Assembly: GCA_965216325.1 (NCBI GenBank)
Contig: OZ244160.1
Location: forward strand, 1,888,001-1,952,000
Reading direction: 5' to 3'
Source of the DNA: Coraliomargarita sp.
GTDB lineage: Bacteria > Verrucomicrobiota > Verrucomicrobiia > Opitutales > Coraliomargaritaceae
Length of the DNA stretch: 64,000 bases
The position numbers were made by a program, and so were the translations under genes. The notes below the pieces were generated by a model. It ran no database searches and was not told the DNA's origin. It saw nothing but the letters and a program-made list of their open reading frames with translations. Positions 33,901-42,557 of the stretch are shown one piece after another (position 1 is the stretch's first letter; every line of letters begins with the position of its first letter).

Positions 33901-36900
33901 AGTGGCGATGTCTCTTACTATGTGCTGGTTGCCGGGCAGATTGGCACGGGTAACCCATATACGCTGATCTGGCAGACCTCAAATGAAGATAATTTTGAAG
34001 GAGAAGGTGGTAATAACATCTTCGAGGACGCCTCGACGGATTTGCTCGCTTCCGAAGGGCGGCGAATTTCACAAACCATTGGGTATGGTGGTGCTTTAGA
34101 TAATGATTGGTATCAAGTGGCGATCAATCCCGGCGATGACGGTATTATTATCGAAGCCTTCTTCATTCATACGGATGAGACCAATATTGACATCGAGTTG
34201 TTTAGTGCTGGTGGTACGTTCTTAGCGCGTTCGATTGGCTTTTCGAATGTTGAACGTATCCACTACAAAGGTGGACCAGGAACCTATTATCTTAAAATCT
34301 TTGGTAAGAGCGGTGAAAACCCTTACGACCTGATCTGGAACAGTTATAAGGAGGATAATCTGGAACTCGGTATCGAAGACGGACCGACCCCGACGAGCCC
34401 ACCGCAGAATGACTCGCCGGATACACCACGTGGTCTGGGACCATCTTTCTTTAAGGATCCGGAAATTAATGTATCGACTCGTGGCACCCGGGACTTGGAG
34501 TTCATCATCCTCGAAGAGATTACACAACTGGACGAGGACTGGTATGCGATCGAAGTCTTCGACGATGAAGACATCTTTATCCTGAACCTCGAATTCGAGC
34601 ACGATCAGGGCGACGTTGACGTAGCCTTGTATCGCGAGGTTGATGGTGGTGATCCGATCCTGGTTGCTCAGGCTGAAACCGAGACCGATGATGAGCAGAT
34701 TATTCTGCGTGATTTACCACCGGGAGATTACCTGATCTGTGTCTATGGCTTCGGCATCTTGAGTCCGAAATCGGATAGCAGCTGGGTTTCAGGGCGTGAA
34801 GATGGCTCAGGAGGCTGGATCCCGGGCACCTACGATCCGATTGTTCCGGAAGAATACAGCACCATCGTGGAAAATGACGCACCGGGCGGCTTCGACTATT
34901 ATGATTTGGCCGACAGCCATGCGCGTGGTTTGGCAAACACCTACTCCTTGCGTTGGCTGAGTTCGGCAGAGGATAGATATGATATCGAGACACCGTCAGC
35001 AGACGATGTGGAGATCAATGATAGCTTTGATACTGCTGCTGATCCAGTAGAGCTTTACGCGCAAGGTGTTGAAGGTGTCGAAGGATTGCTCGACCAGTTT
35101 GATGTGCAGGACGGGGACGGCATCATCGACGATACGACACGCACCGTATCTCTAGAAGGGCCGGATGGTAATGTAAGTCAGCCCTACAAGGCCTTCTACC
35201 GCTACCAAGACCTGGCACAGTTTGATGACGATTGGTTCAAGTTTACCATCAACACTGGAACTGATCACATATTCTTGGCTGCGATTAGTTTCAATCCGAA
35301 GCACGGCAATCTCGGAATTAGCGTTTATGATGCTGACAATAATCCTTTGGCTGAAGTCGAATCTTCTACAGCTGGAATCGAATTCATTACGATCGAAGGT
35401 GTCGGGGCAAAGACCTACTACGTGAAGGTTACCGGTAATGATCTTGGCGTGCCATACTCATTGTTGGTGAGTGGAGCCACGGATGACCTGTATGAAGAGA
35501 ATGACGACCTGGAACAGGCCGATGAACAGGCCAATATCACTCATCTGAATGGAGTGGACGGCAATGCTTCCTTTATCCAGCGAGATGACGATATCTTCAG
35601 AGTGGATATTCCTGAGCACCAAGTGCACTTGAATGTGTATGTCACCGGCTATGAATTCATTACGCCAAGTGTGGAAGTGGTGGATGCCAGTGGTAATCCG
35701 CTGCCGGGGGGCTATGAGCAGTCCGGAGGCACAACAAGCTTTGATAATATCAGCAGAGGTGTGATCTCGCCCGAAGCAGGCACCTACTACTTCAAGGTGA
35801 CAGGCATAGATGCCGGATTCCCATACACTTTAGAGTGGTCCTTTGATAATGAGGATGAGTATGAGGATTACAACTTCCTCAGTCACACAGCGTTTGATAA
35901 CAATACTCCAACCGATGCGTTTGATCTCACACGTTTCCGCTTGGAGCCGCTCTATCTCAGACCACCGGCACAGCAGCCGTTGGATCCGATTAAGGCATTC
36001 GGCTTTGACTATGGATTGCTCGGTGCCCTGACCTTGGGGGATCCTGGATACGATCCATTTGGCCATGCGATTCAGGACGACGACGACTGGTATTCGATCC
36101 AGATTCCGTCCTGGTTCTTAACCAATGCGAATAAGGGCAGCAAGACGGTTCAAGTCATCAAGCGACACTACTATGTGCGTTTGTTCGCTGAAATTGAATT
36201 CGACCATGTTGATGGTGATATCCAAATGGAGATTTGGGAAGACCATCCGGATGACGGCTTTACCCTGCTTGGGCGCTCAGAATCAAATGAAGATATTGAG
36301 TCGCTCAAGGTGCGTGTCGACCCGACCGATGAGGATCGTGTTTACTATATCCGTGTATACGGTGAGGATAAAGCGAACGACTATAGCTTGAAGTGGGATG
36401 TCACGAAGGTAGATGCTTACGAAGAGCTTGAAGACCTCGACGACCGCAACGATACCAATGGTTTCGTTAACAAAGCTTACAACCTGACCAATGCTGATGG
36501 TAACTCGACTGAAGGCACATGGCTGCACGAGGTTGAGTATCTACAGGATGTGAATGGTGATAATATCATCAATCTCACGGACGGTGGTGTGACCAGTGCA
36601 AACGGTTATGGTGTGCACGGCAGCGAGGATGACTGGTATGCCGTGGTGGTTTCCGAAGGTTCGACACAGATTGAAGTCGGTGCACGCTTCTACTCGGATG
36701 ATGATCAGTTCTATGAATACGCTCCGGACGAGCTGGATATCGACTTCGAAGTCTACTTCCTTGCCGGGAATGACAACGATCCGACCACGGATGACTTGCG
36801 TAAGCCGGTCTTGGTCGGACGCTCTACCGGCGATACGGATCAAAGTCTGTTTGTGGGCACCGGTGCGGAATCCCATCAGCTCCCTGCCGGTGGTGATATC

Positions 36901-39900
36901 ACGACCGAGATCCTCGAAAATCTGGAGCTAAATGGTGAGCAATACGTAGTCACCGAGGCTTACGATGTCGAGGAGCCGGGTATCTACTTCATCCGTATTT
37001 ACTACGATAATCGCAACCACCCATATACCTTTATCTGGGATGATATCGGCGATACGAGTAACGAAGGTGATGCGGATATCATTGAGGACTACTTGACCGG
37101 TAACTGGAGCTTCGAGATCCCGGATGATGACAGCTACGAAGAGAATGACACTCTTGGCACGGCCTTCCTACTTTCTGCCGAACAACCGCGCCTATCCAGA
37201 CTTGATGGTCGCGGCATCCAGAAAGACGAAGACTGGTATGCATTTGATGTGCCGGAGGGCAATACCGGCCTGACGATCGAATGCTTGTTCGATGATCGCA
37301 CCGGCCCGATCGACTTCGAGTTCCTGAACTCCGCAGGTGAAGTGCTCCACACTCTTGAGAGTGATACCGACAACGAGCTTCTCGTAATCGATACGCCGGT
37401 CGACGCGGGCACTTACTACGTCCGTGTCTACGGTGCGAACCTGGGCACGATTTACGACCTGTATTGGCGTGCACATGTCGAAGACGTTTACGAAGAGAAT
37501 GACTCTTCAGAAGAAGCCTTCGATATTACCTCGGAGGAAACTGTCACCGAACTGGGTGTGCCGCTTTCGCAGAATGCGATGCCGACCTTGACTGACGAGG
37601 ACTGGTTCCAGTTCACAATTGAGGGAGAGAATCCATATCTACAGGTCAGACTCGACTACCTTGAGGTCGATGGCGCGATTGATTTCGAAGTTCTCGATGC
37701 GGATCTGAATGTGCTCGCGACAGCCGATTCAACCGATGATAGCGAGATAGTATTCATTCTTGTTTCGTCAGGGCTCCATTACATTCGAGTGTATGGTGAC
37801 TATGCTCAAAACCCTTACGACCTCACGGTCTCGGTCTTTGGCTTCGACGACGAGTATGAAGACAACGATACTCTGGCTACGGCCACTCCGATTGGAGGCC
37901 TGCCTCTGGTTGAGGCGGCTCAATACGACGACGACTGGTATCAAGTGCCGGTTATCCCCGCATTCGGCCGACTTCAGGTGGACGTTTTGTTCGACGGAGA
38001 CAATGGCAATATCGACCTCGAAGTCTACGATAGTAACAACGGCTTGCTGATCCCGCAAACCAGCTCAGATCTGGAAGACGCGGTATCTTTCGAACTCGAT
38101 GTTGCTGCGGGAGATTATTACATCCGCGTCTTTGGCGATAATCGTAATCCGCTCTATCAGTTGACATGGAACCTGATTGCAGACGACGGCTTCGAGCAAA
38201 ATGACGTGTCGGACGATGCGGCGATTCTAGGGATCGGAACTGAAGACGTAGCTCAAAACGCTGTGCAGCTGGATGACGATTGGTATCGAGTTCCGGTGTT
38301 TGCAGCAGACCTGACTCTTAGTGTCGATCTGGTGTTTGCGCATGTGAACGGCAATATCGATCTGGAGATCTACGACGCATTCGATCTCGAAACGCCGCTT
38401 GGCATTGCGAATAGTCTGAATGATAACGAGTCGCTGACAGTCCCTGCCAGCTTGGAAAATGCCGTCTACTACATCCGTGTTCTGGGCAGCAATGTGGGCA
38501 ATAACTACACCTTGACATGGAATGCAAGTGTCGAGGACATCTACGAAGGAGAACGAGGTAACAACACCTTCGACGAGGCTTCCAAGGTGCTACTCGATGC
38601 CAAGGGACGTTTCGCTTCCGATACGACAGGCTTCGCAAGTTCGACTGATGAAGACTGGTATGAGATCGAAGTGGCTCCTGGCGACGATCAGTTGACCGTT
38701 TCGGTTGCTTATGAAACGCCGACATTCGGCAACGTCTTTGTCGAACTCTTCGAAGTGGTCGGTGGTCGCGAGCGACGTATCTCTAACGCGGTTGCAGTTG
38801 CGAGCAGTCCAGCCTACTTCCCGTGGGCGGACAAGACGGACCCGACTGAGAGCGAAGTGAAGCATATCGGAGTCGAAGGCTTGAGCGCCGGAACCTACTA
38901 CATCCGTGTGTTCGGTGATCTCTTCGGCACCACCTACGATCTGATCTGGAATAGCAGTTCGGAAGATGGTCTTGAGATCTCCCGTGATAACGAAGGCAAT
39001 ATCTACCACAATGATGGGCTCAACGCTACGGAAGGTGACGGCCTTGCGCCACAGGTGCTCTACGACGGTTTGATTGATCGTGAGCTTCTTCTCCTTCAAG
39101 GCACACTCTTTGATGAGGATTGGTATTTCATCGCGAGTGTGGACCCCGATGAGGACTTGGTGGTCGAGGTGGAATTCGATCATGAGATGGGTGATATCGA
39201 TATGCAGCTTTACGGCGGCGAGCTTGGTGTGCCATTGCTTGCTAGCTCGACGACGCTTACGAATAAGGAGCGTATCGTATATCCTGGTTCAAACGCAGGC
39301 TTCTACATCAGAGTCTTTGGCACTCGGGGGAACACCTATTCGCTTCGCTTCAATATGGTCAAAGAAGACACCTACGAAGAGAACGACCTTGCGGATGGCA
39401 CAGACGCCTATGATTTAACCACTGCGAATGATGATACTCAGGGGGGAATACCTGTTTCGCTGAATAGTATTCCGCTGTCTGATTTGCGCGACGGTCGTAT
39501 CTTTGTCGAGGACCCTGATGCGATCCTGCCTAGCGATAACTACGGTGATTTCGGTGTCCAATTGGATGACGACTGGTTCTCGGTTGATATGACGGGAACG
39601 GAAGCAGTTCTCGTCGTGAACTTGTCACATGGCACGAATGCAGTCGGCAATCTCGACTTGCAGCTCTATGTTCAGGGGGCTGATGGCCTCGAGCTGATCT
39701 CTACAGCTGATGAGGGCAATGGCGTTGAGACGCTTACGATTCCTCAGCCGGAAGCCGAAAGATATTACTTCCGTGTCTATGGTGATGACTTCGGCACGAC
39801 CTATGACCTCGTCTGGCGCACCTATGTGGATGATAGTTTTGAAGAAAACGATGCGCTGGAATCTGCTGTGGATATTACCGCGAATCGCGACCTAGGTCTT

Positions 39901-41664
39901 GGTGCGTCCTTCTTTGAAGACGATCCGGATAATCGACGTTATCTGAGTGAAATCGAAACCAATGGTATTGGTCCGGTCCAACGCGATGCGGATTACTATA
40001 AGATCACCATACCGGAAGATCAGATTGAGATTGTGGTTGATTGGATTCCGCAGCTGCTCACTGAAGATCTAAGCGTCTCAATTCTCGGTCCTGATGGTCA
40101 AGTGCTTGTGACTGAAGATGCTGCGCAGCGAATTGCGTTCAATCTTGCAGAGGAGGGGCTGGTTCGCCCGGGCGGTGATTTCTATATCCGAGTGACCGGT
40201 GATGATCTTGGCTCTTCGTATGACTTCTCATGGAGCTATCACAATGTGGATAACTATGACGACGGTTCGCTCTTGAGCGATCTATCGATCGGCATGCTAC
40301 TGCCTCCATTCGATCCACAGAAGGACCCTCCATATCGCTTGCCAATGACCCAGCTCAATGATCTCGATGGGAATGCCGGGCTTGGTCCTCAGGGTGGATC
40401 GACACCCGGTGCGGGGTATGCGATTCAGGCTAGTGACGATTACTACTTGATCACCGTGCCTGCATGGACGCACTACCGTGAGAACAATGAGGATGTATTG
40501 CGCCCAACCTGGCACGCACAGCTGACCGTTGAGGTCTTCGACTTCGACCGTTCTCAAGGCAACATTCAGTTTGAAATTACGGATGAGCAGACTGGGTTGG
40601 TCGTGAGTTCGACCAGCGCGGATACGAATGCAGAGCGTTTCTCAGGTCGCGAGATCGTAACGGTGCCTTCTTGGCCGAACATACTCGATAACCCGGGTGT
40701 TGACGGTTCGCCGACGCCTCAGTTCACGATTCGTGTCTTTGGTGATAATGCCGCAAACAGCTACGATTTGAAGTGGTCCGTCTCTCTGGATGACGGCTAT
40801 GAAGATAACAACTTCATCGACCGCTACTTCGATCTCACCGATGGTGAGGATAGCTGGCTGAGCCTGAGAAGTATCGACGGCGATGGCATCGGCGATGGTA
40901 TGGGCACCCAGTTGGACGACGACTGGTTCATGATTGTTGTCTCTGATGGTAGCCCTGAGTTGCACATCGATAGCATCTTCCGTGCAGCCGATGGTGATAT
41001 CGATCTGGAACTCTATCAACTGGTGCTCTCGGACCCTGAAGGTATTGATGGTTCTGTTCGTAAGCCGCAATTGATACTTGCTGATGGGGCGCATACGCTC
41101 GAACCGCCGATTGATGGCCTTGAGCCTGAGGAAGGTGTCGAAGGTATCAGTGTGCTGGACCCAGATGCAGGTATCTACTTCGTCCGTGTCACCGGTGCGA
41201 ATCGGGGCAACCCATATAATCTGTATTGGAGGGACTCTGTGGATGATCCTGATGGCGATGAGGCCTACCTGAATGAAACGTGGTCCTTCGATATCCCGCA
41301 GCTCTTACTCGCGGAGCCATATGTCAACGCGGATGGTGATATCTTCGCCAACTGGGCAGAGTTCGCCCTCGGCTTGGATCCAAACCAGGCAGACGCGCCA
41401 GTCTTCTCGCAGCAGCAGGAACAAATCGGTGGCGAAGATTATTACGTCTTCAGCTTCCTGCGCCGTAAGGATGCAGTGGTCGGTGGCTACCAGTTCATCG
41501 TTTACGAAAGTGAAGACATGAACTTCGGCACTGACGAAGCAGTATTAGTCCGTAGCGAAGATGTTGGCTTCGATCTCGAACGCGTGTTCTTCCGTAGCTC
41601 CAAGCCGCTGGACGAACAGGACAAGTGCTTCTTCCGTCTGACCGTTCGCGAGCCTTCAGATTAA
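27952..41664 (+). CDS. Giant (4570 aa) secreted zinc metalloprotease (metzincin-like) with many acidic PPC-like repeats
   Basis: N-terminal hydrophobic anchor; HEAGHAFGLRH zinc motif and APIMG Met-turn; more than 20 repeats of DDxYEEND...DxDWY...GDIDLxLY...YYIRV.G...YDL.W; C-terminal DGD..N..EF..GLDP...FFRL domain. Confidence 0.85.
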   Translation: MSVKKSSKQTLLLGALAALIAGAYFFTTDRSAPVAPDEAQQLASEQPAAPAESVVDNATEEAAHPDDCAHCQAAAPAVTPTMLKSLDAVFADLAASKDRIIPKSTFDFFHGARYGQPASVELAGRTYTGQVTVAREDHELARTYGMALDDDLGAMIVSTDGAGFMRGHVLFKGDSRAISFKEVPQGKDVHEPSVVLAQQSISDIFCAPLDAIYVGPGVKSPSGAGRISEAALVAAAEEAEGDGEIPIAADLIIPVLNSITDPADYQHVMFLDFGGGEVRNTPWNVTQTIETDEEYLGLNLDLINVNDLNEVLYPPIKYAPKSRADEPQWVQQIWRRVVEDYAPFQINVTTDKAVYEAADVDKRLHVVITSTGDVFPSGVAHLYSYRENSPVVWVVQNYFGIDIVDEALIASTISHEAGHAFGLRHDYETFYAEGSGEDYYLGHNGSYTPGWAPIMGAFDGDDVADEVEQWSIGEFPNSANSEDDVAILGDTTDPQLEADEAAYIEYLGTTDSGQNFYDLYYQTGIEVSNGFGFVQDDHEEALDSGRAIIGLETEDPLVVTTTTSGVISSRDDKDVFRVLPSDSGLMRIIISPLDVDSPYFEGASFTSGANLAVDAQLLDSEGAVIFDGRDFGGNELSSVIEGSVDAAEEYYLVIDGGGRGDNPQTGFSDYGSLGEYNIRAEFDVDPLAVYGSSGKIPTTLVPNGSTTVDEVNGTAFGTTPLAVDVAHPFLLDNLATIEDIEILSFTFESGQHFRVSPANPTGIISPTSSGKLVDIVYDPASTGLHEDTAIITYDSLGETLEYRFMVNGAATQSATRDNYESNDNYTTAYADVPEDTWLSDYQGLAFFAYGQPSDTLDWYKFTVGTNDDLLTVATSYDPAQGSIEFELYDSNPSTGAPLTNDPIGITTASNGILQFSIPSTYTGKQRTFYLLAKTLDPGNPKQEYDLIWAATEFVSGDDDNYESNPLTGDENDIRANATQITSESPPRFSDTDRGLGLLKDEDWYYFKIEENDTLPLYRMLYVAAEFDHTQGNIDIQVFYSPTENGPLDENVNFFLDWRSATTKDKEVVTAYFPINIEQTDPEAIDYPGENYVDNILPDGNNNIIGLRAGYYYIHVTGDYAENEYDLIVEPLQDDAYELVAPGVENDVRSTAYSLEESILNTWLSEIDGLGTSANYVETQTEGVISATPDSDWYSFTIDASEVVEQISVQYYYINGVIDIALLDSAGNVIATNLESGEFGVITAAAPTGNTFYVHVIAEDLVEPLGGYDFMVTYSAEPLFIPDPIEDNYEENDNFLEPYNISSNEGRYLSSLAGYGFQLDPDWYAVNIPSNASKVEATLFHVAADGDMDLFFSRDEGATLFRSEGGGNTESIVWDDPEAGDYTLTVIGENRGNFYNLLWDITYFEDNYEENDTQAEAFDLTGFERRLLSKLDGLGIQRDDDWYRIRANADTAELRVIATFNHSAGDIDLSLYDSNGELVDFSITTNNNEEIRFQNPNADDYFVRVHFGNGGNEYDLIWAALEPSAVSQTEVPDDAYEENDTREQPYPILADQPRLSRDQVDQDGNLTGLAVLKDADWYEIIIPEDNTGLRVECTFDDSLGDIDFEVYDPLGFPLFVRDSTTDNELLDVRTPIPAGTYTIRVYGPALGNQYDLYWRAYLEDAYEENDNVNEAYDINTLLGSPLSDNAVPTLGDEDWFKFNVDGVQQYVKVTLDYQDLDGAINFHILDSNRNIIATADSTEDQDVAFLQVANGTHYIQVYGDYAYNPYDLTVEVVGDDQFEDNDVREDAADITDLENQNIFAAQFDDDWYKFSVTESNTFLNIICNFTHANGNIDLAVYRIAQDNSLELLGSSTTELDGETVSIEGDIGDYLIHVTGDDINPRYVLRWGVDLDDQYEPNDVPEESADVTQLEGVQIDAVHFDDDWFEVVVSPGFVKLTVDILFEHDEGNLNLSLYSKDGEGNFELLSTVDSETNNETLVYPVDPFASGDVSYYVLVAGQIGTGNPYTLIWQTSNEDNFEGEGGNNIFEDASTDLLASEGRRISQTIGYGGALDNDWYQVAINPGDDGIIIEAFFIHTDETNIDIELFSAGGTFLARSIGFSNVERIHYKGGPGTYYLKIFGKSGENPYDLIWNSYKEDNLELGIEDGPTPTSPPQNDSPDTPRGLGPSFFKDPEINVSTRGTRDLEFIILEEITQLDEDWYAIEVFDDEDIFILNLEFEHDQGDVDVALYREVDGGDPILVAQAETETDDEQIILRDLPPGDYLICVYGFGILSPKSDSSWVSGREDGSGGWIPGTYDPIVPEEYSTIVENDAPGGFDYYDLADSHARGLANTYSLRWLSSAEDRYDIETPSADDVEINDSFDTAADPVELYAQGVEGVEGLLDQFDVQDGDGIIDDTTRTVSLEGPDGNVSQPYKAFYRYQDLAQFDDDWFKFTINTGTDHIFLAAISFNPKHGNLGISVYDADNNPLAEVESSTAGIEFITIEGVGAKTYYVKVTGNDLGVPYSLLVSGATDDLYEENDDLEQADEQANITHLNGVDGNASFIQRDDDIFRVDIPEHQVHLNVYVTGYEFITPSVEVVDASGNPLPGGYEQSGGTTSFDNISRGVISPEAGTYYFKVTGIDAGFPYTLEWSFDNEDEYEDYNFLSHTAFDNNTPTDAFDLTRFRLEPLYLRPPAQQPLDPIKAFGFDYGLLGALTLGDPGYDPFGHAIQDDDDWYSIQIPSWFLTNANKGSKTVQVIKRHYYVRLFAEIEFDHVDGDIQMEIWEDHPDDGFTLLGRSESNEDIESLKVRVDPTDEDRVYYIRVYGEDKANDYSLKWDVTKVDAYEELEDLDDRNDTNGFVNKAYNLTNADGNSTEGTWLHEVEYLQDVNGDNIINLTDGGVTSANGYGVHGSEDDWYAVVVSEGSTQIEVGARFYSDDDQFYEYAPDELDIDFEVYFLAGNDNDPTTDDLRKPVLVGRSTGDTDQSLFVGTGAESHQLPAGGDITTEILENLELNGEQYVVTEAYDVEEPGIYFIRIYYDNRNHPYTFIWDDIGDTSNEGDADIIEDYLTGNWSFEIPDDDSYEENDTLGTAFLLSAEQPRLSRLDGRGIQKDEDWYAFDVPEGNTGLTIECLFDDRTGPIDFEFLNSAGEVLHTLESDTDNELLVIDTPVDAGTYYVRVYGANLGTIYDLYWRAHVEDVYEENDSSEEAFDITSEETVTELGVPLSQNAMPTLTDEDWFQFTIEGENPYLQVRLDYLEVDGAIDFEVLDADLNVLATADSTDDSEIVFILVSSGLHYIRVYGDYAQNPYDLTVSVFGFDDEYEDNDTLATATPIGGLPLVEAAQYDDDWYQVPVIPAFGRLQVDVLFDGDNGNIDLEVYDSNNGLLIPQTSSDLEDAVSFELDVAAGDYYIRVFGDNRNPLYQLTWNLIADDGFEQNDVSDDAAILGIGTEDVAQNAVQLDDDWYRVPVFAADLTLSVDLVFAHVNGNIDLEIYDAFDLETPLGIANSLNDNESLTVPASLENAVYYIRVLGSNVGNNYTLTWNASVEDIYEGERGNNTFDEASKVLLDAKGRFASDTTGFASSTDEDWYEIEVAPGDDQLTVSVAYETPTFGNVFVELFEVVGGRERRISNAVAVASSPAYFPWADKTDPTESEVKHIGVEGLSAGTYYIRVFGDLFGTTYDLIWNSSSEDGLEISRDNEGNIYHNDGLNATEGDGLAPQVLYDGLIDRELLLLQGTLFDEDWYFIASVDPDEDLVVEVEFDHEMGDIDMQLYGGELGVPLLASSTTLTNKERIVYPGSNAGFYIRVFGTRGNTYSLRFNMVKEDTYEENDLADGTDAYDLTTANDDTQGGIPVSLNSIPLSDLRDGRIFVEDPDAILPSDNYGDFGVQLDDDWFSVDMTGTEAVLVVNLSHGTNAVGNLDLQLYVQGADGLELISTADEGNGVETLTIPQPEAERYYFRVYGDDFGTTYDLVWRTYVDDSFEENDALESAVDITANRDLGLGASFFEDDPDNRRYLSEIETNGIGPVQRDADYYKITIPEDQIEIVVDWIPQLLTEDLSVSILGPDGQVLVTEDAAQRIAFNLAEEGLVRPGGDFYIRVTGDDLGSSYDFSWSYHNVDNYDDGSLLSDLSIGMLLPPFDPQKDPPYRLPMTQLNDLDGNAGLGPQGGSTPGAGYAIQASDDYYLITVPAWTHYRENNEDVLRPTWHAQLTVEVFDFDRSQGNIQFEITDEQTGLVVSSTSADTNAERFSGREIVTVPSWPNILDNPGVDGSPTPQFTIRVFGDNAANSYDLKWSVSLDDGYEDNNFIDRYFDLTDGEDSWLSLRSIDGDGIGDGMGTQLDDDWFMIVVSDGSPELHIDSIFRAADGDIDLELYQLVLSDPEGIDGSVRKPQLILADGAHTLEPPIDGLEPEEGVEGISVLDPDAGIYFVRVTGANRGNPYNLYWRDSVDDPDGDEAYLNETWSFDIPQLLLAEPYVNADGDIFANWAEFALGLDPNQADAPVFSQQQEQIGGEDYYVFSFLRRKDAVVGGYQFIVYESEDMNFGTDEAVLVRSEDVGFDLERVFFRSSKPLDEQDKCFFRLTVREPSD

Positions 41665-41682
41665 GCTCAAGACCTCTTATTC

Positions 41683-41715
41683 AAAAGCCCGACTCGGATG
41701 GAGTCGGGCTTTTTT
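41683..41715 (+). terminator. Intrinsic terminator (potentially bidirectional)
   Basis: AAAAGCCCGACTC-GGATG-GAGTCGGGCTTTTTT. Confidence 0.85.
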
Positions 41716-41732
41716 ACGTCTAGTGCAAATCC

Positions 41733-41756
41733 GTAGCATCAGCGGTCACGCTGATG
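41733..41756 (+). repeat. REP-like palindrome with GTAG foot
   Basis: GTAG followed by CATCAGCG-GTCA-CGCTGATG. Confidence 0.45.
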
Positions 41757-41836
41757 GTTGAGCCACCTTTACGGCTCAAGATGTTGGCGAACCGTCCTTG
41801 TGTTTTAATCCAAACGGGTCTAGGTTGAGACTTACT

Positions 41837-42151
41837 ATGATCGATCTCGTTAAGAAAACAATGTTGGCTGGCGTGGGTCTGGCCGTCGTGACGAAAGACA
41901 AAGTCGTTGAGTCACTCGATGAACTGGTGGAAAAGGGCAAGTTGACCAAGGAAGAGGCTGCCGCGATGTCTGAAAAGATTGTCGAAGAGGGCAAAGCGGA
42001 AACCGAGAAGGCGAAGGCCGAGGCAGGCAAGCTCTTTAGCGAAATGCTGAACCGTGCAAATGTGGTGACCAAGGATCAATATGATGCCTTAGCAGCCCGT
42101 GTGACCGAGCTCGAGGGGAAGCTGCATAAGGAGTTCCCAAACAGCGACTGA
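41837..42151 (+). CDS. Phasin/PhaF-like granule-associated helical protein
   Basis: KKTMLAGVGLA...DELVEKGKLTKEEA...L.ARV.ELE pattern; upstream of an ABC1 kinase. Confidence 0.75.
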   Translation: MIDLVKKTMLAGVGLAVVTKDKVVESLDELVEKGKLTKEEAAAMSEKIVEEGKAETEKAKAEAGKLFSEMLNRANVVTKDQYDALAARVTELEGKLHKEFPNSD

Positions 42152-42164
42152 AGTCGCTGTTTGG

Positions 42165-42200
42165 AGTGTGAAGGTGGGAATGTGCAAAGGTATGAAGGTT
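42165..42200 (+). repeat. Left arm: tandem 8-mers (GTGNGAAR)
   Basis: GTGTGAAG GTGGGAAT GTGCAAAG GTATGAAG. Confidence 0.7.
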
Positions 42201-42206
42201 GTTTGA

Positions 42207-42557
42207 ATGACTGACTTTGCGGAACGCTTTGAAGACCTTCGGATATGGCAGCAGGCTCGCCAGTTAGCGAATGCTGTTTACGAAACACTTGGTGACTTGC
42301 GCGATTATGGGTTTCGCGACCAGATCCTGCGTGCGTCGGTTTCTACGATGAACAATATTGCTGAAGGGTTCGAGCGTCGCACATCGCGAGACTTCGGTCA
42401 CTTTCTGGATATTGCTAAGGGCTCATGCGGCGAGGTCCGTAGCATGCTTTATTTGGCTGAAGATCTAAACTACATGAAGCCAGAAGTAGCCGCTCAGCTC
42501 AGGGGAAATCTCGTGACGCTTTCTTCAGGAATCGCAGCCTTTCGTCGGAAACTTTAA
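42207..42557 (+). CDS. Four-helix bundle protein (23S rRNA IVP-like family)
   Basis: FEDLRIWQ, DQILRASVSTMNNIAEGFER and FLDIAKGSCGEVRSMLY motifs. Confidence 0.92.
   Translation: MTDFAERFEDLRIWQQARQLANAVYETLGDLRDYGFRDQILRASVSTMNNIAEGFERRTSRDFGHFLDIAKGSCGEVRSMLYLAEDLNYMKPEVAAQLRGNLVTLSSGIAAFRRKL

Noticed and set aside
42207..42557. Four-helix protein as the Avd of a diversity-generating retroelement, with the FGE-domain protein as target
   Set aside because: No reverse transcriptase and no template/variable repeat pair were seen in the window.
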